Position numbers and translations under genes: made by a program
NCBI GenBank assembly: GCA_965112635.1
Contig: OZ218778.1
Span: forward strand, 2,048,001-2,112,000
From: an uncultured bacterium
GTDB taxonomy: Bacteria > Oederibacteriota > Oederibacteriia > Oederibacteriales > Oederibacteriaceae
Length of the DNA stretch: 64,000 nt
Reading direction: 5' to 3'
Part shown: positions 59,701 through 64,000 of the stretch, one piece after another
How positions within the stretch are numbered: the stretch's first letter is position 1
How the letters are laid out: each line of letters opens with the position of its first letter
The notes under the pieces: model-generated
Told to the model about the DNA's origin: nothing
What the model saw: the letters and a program-made list of their open reading frames with translations, nothing else
The model's database searches: none

Positions 59701-60557
59701 AGGCTGAGGACATAGTCTGGCAGGGAGACGGTCTGGTCGTGGCCAGCCCGGGGGACCAGGGTTTTTATAAAGTTTCCCAGGACGACAAGGCCAGCCTCTG
59801 GTTCAGATATTCCGGCCAGCAAACTATCCCGGGAAAGGTCAGCTCGGTCAAAGCGGCGCTGTTGTTCAATGACGGGACCGGTGTGGCTGTGGATGACGAT
59901 ACCCCGGCGCTGCATTTTCTCGGGAAAGGGCTCGATGCCATGAACGACACCCAAGTCCTGGAAAAGATGCCGAACTGGGTGGAGCTTTTTGATGACGAGC
60001 TTATGCTGATGAGAAGAGGTAATCCGGTCCAGCAGATCCTGTCCCGGCACGACAGGACCGTCAAAAAAAGGTGGTTCAAAGGCGTCGCTCAACTTATGGG
60101 CGCTTTTTGTCTGGGAAACGACCTTTGGCTGGTCTCGGACGCAAGCAATGGATTACGGCTATTCCGGGGTACGGGAGATGAAGCCGTGGAAGCCAATGCG
60201 CCTGATTGGGCCAAAGGCCAGAAAATCCGTTTGATGGCCGGGGTTACCCTGCGGGATGGTTCTTACTGGTTTTCCGTAGGCATGAACGGAAGCCTGCAGT
60301 TCCTCCATGTCGATCACGACTTGAAACTCATGGCGTCTGTTCTTCAGCCCCGGGGAAGATTTTGCGACGCTCTTCTCAGGGACCCGGGGCAGGGCTTCGT
60401 TGCCTTTACCAGCCAGGGCGTCATCCGCTACGACCAGAACGGCGCCAATCCGGCCAATGTCCTCAGCGTACCCGCGATTTTCGGGGACATCACGCCTGAT
60501 AACAGGCTCTTGGTCGTGACAAGGGACGGAGAGCTGTGGTTGTGCGATCCCTTATAA
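56718..60557 (+). CDS. Large exported DUF5107-like plus NHL beta-propeller protein
   Basis: Signal peptide; LENEYLKVRFIPDFGARV; NHL repeats (PLGLACD..VADTGNRRI; GYVYISDLLNFRVQRF). Confidence 0.75.
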   Translation: MRRILFVLVLLLSGLSLWAGPVAVTHDKLMVDVPDLDGSLSTWLPGTMGYPLPRYEPSHPFLSKPKELELVCLENEYLKVRFIPDFGARVYDLIWKKNGASPVFQKKKADFGTMYGDEGLGYMVHFGSIKWGFPFFGHTATDHMPWQYEVIRLKSGGAVFHAWRVENYVTGLRMDTSITLEPGATALKTDFKISNPTDRTKVWDLWVDMYVPCTEFVELALPTDRVITHQSAWNFTRNMIIPWPFLGNVDMRYLRAWHDSNGVFPLAQSDQFSGFYLHDRQLGMFRTFEPGKTIGTKFWFTNPEWYSDFGEMFTGGEPTHDERAELLPGAAVEWKEQWMVLHDLKGIDCGNSDLACHLESDENGTSVFLEPVRPLGKVDLTVETAGVGNGRTSVLGQWHGSLDTIEPRQAKLPVLPPYAGYVVCRIKYSDKTYSWTTSGELVKRPFVSDKLSQARLDYQKSLKGNGAKNTVASNPDSGQAAIPVKTAYKKSKLLTAEKTSRLFRPNAACRLADGSFVVADANLLLHFDADLKYLGRWGDKENLFSPLGLACDGQGRLLVADTGNRRILRLTLSEEWKIDKSWDVQERCGEVCWHQGTIAYTCPLSGKVMSFSDEMPEGKVEAKCLAKDLQGPLGVCFDGDEVVVCDTLHSRVLKLAKDGSFQVLTGPKEGLVKPSRVCSRDGGLLISDAGRACLLSWKDGVLKTVVDGTNLNNISLSVPGGLAAAGQNLFLTIADPARLVLLDQNYQLSKSYDVNDNGGPYYSMPSSVAVLPDGRKIVLDSGGGRVRIFDANGKQTGLLDSWGWDDGQLWKPSCVRADSKGYVYISDLLNFRVQRFDPSLTMRDALELKGVRTESAVKTSTWYSHGIAVGPDDKLYVADHAHQCVHVYSPAPENKPLQTIQLGRDVYPLSVAVDNQGRVIVANSFRSEVVIYDPNSPLTLDHRGVGFALLQPLHVAWDKEGGYFISGRKAQTDALLHFNSRHTLAHSFTQNEVYQAEDIVWQGDGLVVASPGDQGFYKVSQDDKASLWFRYSGQQTIPGKVSSVKAALLFNDGTGVAVDDDTPALHFLGKGLDAMNDTQVLEKMPNWVELFDDELMLMRRGNPVQQILSRHDRTVKKRWFKGVAQLMGAFCLGNDLWLVSDASNGLRLFRGTGDEAVEANAPDWAKGQKIRLMAGVTLRDGSYWFSVGMNGSLQFLHVDHDLKLMASVLQPRGRFCDALLRDPGQGFVAFTSQGVIRYDQNGANPANVLSVPAIFGDITPDNRLLVVTRDGELWLCDPL

Positions 60558-60649
60558 TTCTATATGGAGATTTTAACTTGACTTATTAGTGCGGTGGGGT
60601 AGATTTAGGGAGTTAATCGATTTCAAAACTAATCTGAGGAGGTGAATTT

Positions 60650-60946
60650 ATGAAGAAAAGTTTGATCCTGTTGTTTTGTCTGGTGGTGCTCGTATTGCCA
60701 ATGGCCGGATGCATGGCCCATACCCATATCGTCGGCAACGGCGGTAGTAGCGGAGAATCTGTAGAGCAATGGCAGTGGTATGCCATATGGGGATTAGTGC
60801 CGTTGAATAATGTGGATACGCGTGAGATGGCCGGTGGTGCCTCGGATTACACGATCAAGACACAGATGTCCATCGTGAACATTATCCTTAACATTTTCAC
60901 TGAATATATCACGGTTGAAAGCAGGACCGTAACGGTCACGAAATAG
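60650..60946 (+). CDS. Bor/Iss-like lipoprotein
   Basis: Lipobox MAGC; QWYAIWGLVP; SRTVTV. Confidence 0.7.
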   Translation: MKKSLILLFCLVVLVLPMAGCMAHTHIVGNGGSSGESVEQWQWYAIWGLVPLNNVDTREMAGGASDYTIKTQMSIVNIILNIFTEYITVESRTVTVTK

Positions 60947-60961
60947 TTGTTGGGTAGAAAA

Positions 60962-60997
60962 ATGAGGGAGGCCCTTAAAAGTCTCCCTTATTTTTTT
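60962..60997 (+). terminator. Intrinsic terminator
   Basis: AGGGAGGC/GTCTCCCT stem followed by a T run. Confidence 0.65.
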
Positions 60998-61019
60998 GAA
61001 TTTTAAAAAGGAAATCTGA

Positions 61020-61667
61020 TTGAAAAACCAATTGCAGTTCGTCAAAAGGAACTCAATTTATTTACTTGCTATAGTTATTCCTTTTTTATGTTTGGTAGGG
61101 TGCCAGAGCAAGTCAGCGGAGATGGCCGCGTACGCGACCATTAAACAGATGTCCTTCAGGCCGGTTTCAAAAACAGATCCAATGCTTGGCACAAGATACA
61201 CGCATCCTAAAGTAGGATACTCCATCAGGCCGCCGGCCGGATGGCTGCTCCAGCCCAGCGTAGCCAAAGACGACCTCCACTACAGGTATCCCATAGCTTT
61301 CAAGGCCAGACTGCTCAGTGATTTCCTGGAAATAGGCTTGGTCGACAGCGGGATCAAGGATGTCAACGGCTACAGCCTCCATGTGCTGGCCAGTTCCTAT
61401 GCCAATGCCTTGAGCCGCGGCAATGTCATCAAAATATTAGGCACGGACGTTTTTCAGTACAACGGGATCAAGATCGTGCAGATCATGTCCGAAAGAGGGA
61501 ATGTGGTCATTTTGCAGCTGCTTATGTTCAAAGATTCCAGCCAATTTGTGCAGCTTACCTATGGTTTAGCCACGAGCCGCTATCAATTGATGGCCAGGGC
61601 TATTGAAGCGAGCATTGCTTCTTTTACATGGAATGAAAAATCAAAGGTTGTTACTCCCGCCAGGTAA
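61020..61667 (+). CDS. Hypothetical lipoprotein (possibly PsbP/DcrB-like)
   Basis: Lipobox LVGC; YTHPKVGYSIRPPAGW; terminal SIASFTW. Confidence 0.6.
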   Translation: MKNQLQFVKRNSIYLLAIVIPFLCLVGCQSKSAEMAAYATIKQMSFRPVSKTDPMLGTRYTHPKVGYSIRPPAGWLLQPSVAKDDLHYRYPIAFKARLLSDFLEIGLVDSGIKDVNGYSLHVLASSYANALSRGNVIKILGTDVFQYNGIKIVQIMSERGNVVILQLLMFKDSSQFVQLTYGLATSRYQLMARAIEASIASFTWNEKSKVVTPAR

Positions 61668-61815
61668 ACCTCGCCCTTGCACCATTGTCTTCCCAAAGCG
61701 TCTTTAGGGGAGTATGGGGCTTGATAAAAAACAGGTGGTATTTTAAAAGGAACGGGATATTATTTTTACAATATTCAGACAAGGGGCGATCGGCTCCTTA
61801 AAACAAGGAGGAGTT

Positions 61816-62292
61816 ATGAGAAAGACTATATTTGTTTTTGGTTTGACGGTCCTATTATTTTGCACGGCTAGCCAGGCGCAGGAAAAGGGTCTGGGATTAG
61901 GCGGTTTTATCGGGGAGCCATCTGGGTTATGCGGTAAGTTGTGGGTCACGGATACTACGGCCATTGACGCGGCGGTTTCCTGGTCCTTTACGGGTAACTA
62001 CAGCACGGCCTATTTGCAAGGCGACTATCTGCTCCATGATTTCACCCTGGTCCAGGTGGAGAACGGCAAACTGCCTATATATTATGGACTGGGCGCCAGG
62101 ATATTGAGCGACACGTTATCCAATACAACGCAGGTCGGCCTGCGCATCCCGGTCGGTTTTTCATACCTGTTGGAAAAGGCGCCATTTGAAGTGTTCGTGG
62201 AGCTGGCGCCGGTGATCAATTTTTCTCCCAACGGCGGTTTTCTGTTCAACGGATTTATCGGCGGAAGGTATTACTTTAATACAAAAAAGTAG
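61816..62292 (+). CDS. Small outer-membrane beta-barrel (DUF3996-like)
   Basis: GLGLGGFIGEPSGL, YYGLG, GLRIPVG, VFVELAP, GGRYYF. Confidence 0.75.
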   Translation: MRKTIFVFGLTVLLFCTASQAQEKGLGLGGFIGEPSGLCGKLWVTDTTAIDAAVSWSFTGNYSTAYLQGDYLLHDFTLVQVENGKLPIYYGLGARILSDTLSNTTQVGLRIPVGFSYLLEKAPFEVFVELAPVINFSPNGGFLFNGFIGGRYYFNTKK

Positions 62293-62300
62293 CCAGCGCT

Positions 62301-62822
62301 TTAGTCAGCGCTGGATTCGGCCATGCCTTTTTTCTTATTTTCTAATCTGGCCATAATGAAAAGGCAGTCGGATAAACGGTTGAGGTATTTGAGGGCCGTT
62401 GAGTCAACTTTTTCCTGACGGGAAAGGGAGACCAGGCGGCGTTCGGCCCGACGGCAGACCGTACGGGCTAGGTGCAATAACCCGGCTCCCTGAGTTCCTC
62501 CAGGCAAGATGAATTTTTTCAGAGGTTCCAAGTCAGCGCTCATTGTGTCTATTAGACCTTCTAGATTCTCTGCTTTTTTCTGGTCAGCCATATTTTTTTC
62601 ATTGCTGAGGTCCACAGAAAGAGCTATGAGATCGTCCTGCAGGGCCTTCAATGTTTTTTGGAGTTCAAGGTCCAAACCAAAAGAGGCCGCCGTGCCCAGC
62701 ATGGAATTGAGTTCGTCGAGCGTTCCCAGCACTTCTATCCGCAGGGAATCTTTGGGGACACGCCGGCCTTTAGGTAAACCTGTCGTGCCCTCATCGCCGG
62801 TATGGGTATAAATTTTTGACAT
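62301..62822 (-). CDS. PduO-type ATP:cob(I)alamin adenosyltransferase
   Basis: KIYTHTGDEGTT, GTLDELNS, FILPGG, RTVCRRAER, YLNRLSD. Confidence 0.94.
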   Translation of the reverse strand: MSKIYTHTGDEGTTGLPKGRRVPKDSLRIEVLGTLDELNSMLGTAASFGLDLELQKTLKALQDDLIALSVDLSNEKNMADQKKAENLEGLIDTMSADLEPLKKFILPGGTQGAGLLHLARTVCRRAERRLVSLSRQEKVDSTALKYLNRLSDCLFIMARLENKKKGMAESSAD

Positions 62823-62944
62823 AAAGCCCTTTCTTTTTTTGTTAGCGACCTATTATATTATACCTGCTTGCTTTTGTGGTTAGCGGATTAGGCCTTAAAT
62901 GTGCGTGGTATAATGCATAACGATTTAATCCTGAAGGAGAGAAT

Positions 62945-64000
62945 ATGAAATATGTGTTACTGGTTCTGGATGGGGCGGCTGACCGGCCTATCCCGGAATT
63001 GGGGGATAAAACCCCTTTGCAAACAGCTAAAAAACCCCATTTGGACGAGCTGGCCAAACAGGGCCAAAGCGGGCTTTTAAAAACATGCCCCGATGACGTG
63101 GCGCCAGGCAGCGACACGGCCAATTTGAGCTTGCTGGGCTATGACCCCAAGAAGTATTTCTCCGGCAGGGCTCCTTTGGAAGCCGCCAATATTGGCATAG
63201 ATCTTAAACCTAACCAGGTGGCTTTTCGCTGCAACCTGGTGACGGTCAAGGACGAGAAAATGTTGGATTATAGTGCCGGCCATATTTCGACCGGAGAGGC
63301 CAAACTTTTGATCGAGATGCTGGAGAAGAGGCTTAGTACCAAAAAGATCCATTTTTACCCAGGCGTGGGATACAGGCATCTCATGGTGTGGGAGGGAGGC
63401 CCTGACCAGCTGAAATGCATGCCGCCCCATGACATCATGGGCCGACCCATTGAGGACAACCTGCCCCAGGGAACCGGCAAGAAATTCGTCTGCCAATTGA
63501 TGAAGGACTCCCAATTGCTTTTGGAGGGGCACGAGGTCAACTGGCGCAGACGCCGCGAAAAGCTGAACACCGCGAACATGATCTGGCTATGGGGCTCAGG
63601 CAAAAAGCCCACCCTCCCGCTTTTGACGGAAAAGTACAAGATCACGGGTTCGGTCATCTCGGCCGTGGACTTGGTCAAGGGTATTGGGATCTATGCCGGG
63701 CTTAAAGTCCTCAATGTTCCCGGTGCCACGGGATATCTGGATACAAACTATGCTGGCAAGTGCGAGTATGCGTTAAAGGCCTTGAAAAAGGAAGATTTTG
63801 TCTGGATCCACGTGGAAGCTCCTGACGAGGCGGGTCATAATGGCGATGCGGCTTCCAAGATCAAGGCAATAGAAGATATCGACGAGAAGATTGTGGGTCC
63901 GCTTGTGGAAGGCCTGAAAAAACTAGGCGATTACAGGATCGTAGCCTGCCCGGACCATCCCACACCCATTTCCACTCGCACGCACAATAACGACAAGGTG
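62945..64000 (+). CDS. apgM: Cofactor-independent phosphoglycerate mutase ApgM family (runs off window; not in ORF track)
   Basis: MKYVLLVLDGAADRP..KTPLQ, PGSDTANLSLLGYDP, GRAPLEAA, HVEAPDEAGH, PDHPTP. Confidence 0.9.
   Translation, partial: MKYVLLVLDGAADRPIPELGDKTPLQTAKKPHLDELAKQGQSGLLKTCPDDVAPGSDTANLSLLGYDPKKYFSGRAPLEAANIGIDLKPNQVAFRCNLVTVKDEKMLDYSAGHISTGEAKLLIEMLEKRLSTKKIHFYPGVGYRHLMVWEGGPDQLKCMPPHDIMGRPIEDNLPQGTGKKFVCQLMKDSQLLLEGHEVNWRRRREKLNTANMIWLWGSGKKPTLPLLTEKYKITGSVISAVDLVKGIGIYAGLKVLNVPGATGYLDTNYAGKCEYALKALKKEDFVWIHVEAPDEAGHNGDAASKIKAIEDIDEKIVGPLVEGLKKLGDYRIVACPDHPTPISTRTHNNDKV

Overview
Bacterial chromosomal window from a diderm organism. The PorV-like barrels and Thr/Pro-linker cargo with a T9SS-type tail resemble FCPU426/Goldbacteria-like candidate lineages (inference only). 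After the 3' end of smc and ftsY comes a ~42 kb single-strand flagellar supercluster (2484-44098). It has Firmicutes-style accessory genes (yvyF, fliY, swrD/flbD, TIGR02530, fapA, swrB-like, ylqG/ylqH-like) plus L/P-ring genes. The late, sigma-28 and chemotaxis genes (flgM, flgL, cheY, flhG, fliA) are missing from their usual syntenic slots, and no flagellin or cap genes are seen. A secreted beta-propeller plus PorV cassette sits where flgL is expected. The most notable signal is a structured leader RNA present in three copies (before flgF, fliK and flgE) with compensatory base changes. In the flgF copy its closing helix is mutually exclusive with an intrinsic terminator, so it is a candidate riboswitch or protein-dependent antiterminator for rod/hook genes. 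The rest of the window holds TPR/yidD genes, lipA, a PfkB kinase, two aminotransferases, hom-thrC, an accessory envelope-protein region with REP-like repeats, a PduO-type adenosyltransferase and the start of apgM. All calls come from reading the sequence; no searches were run.
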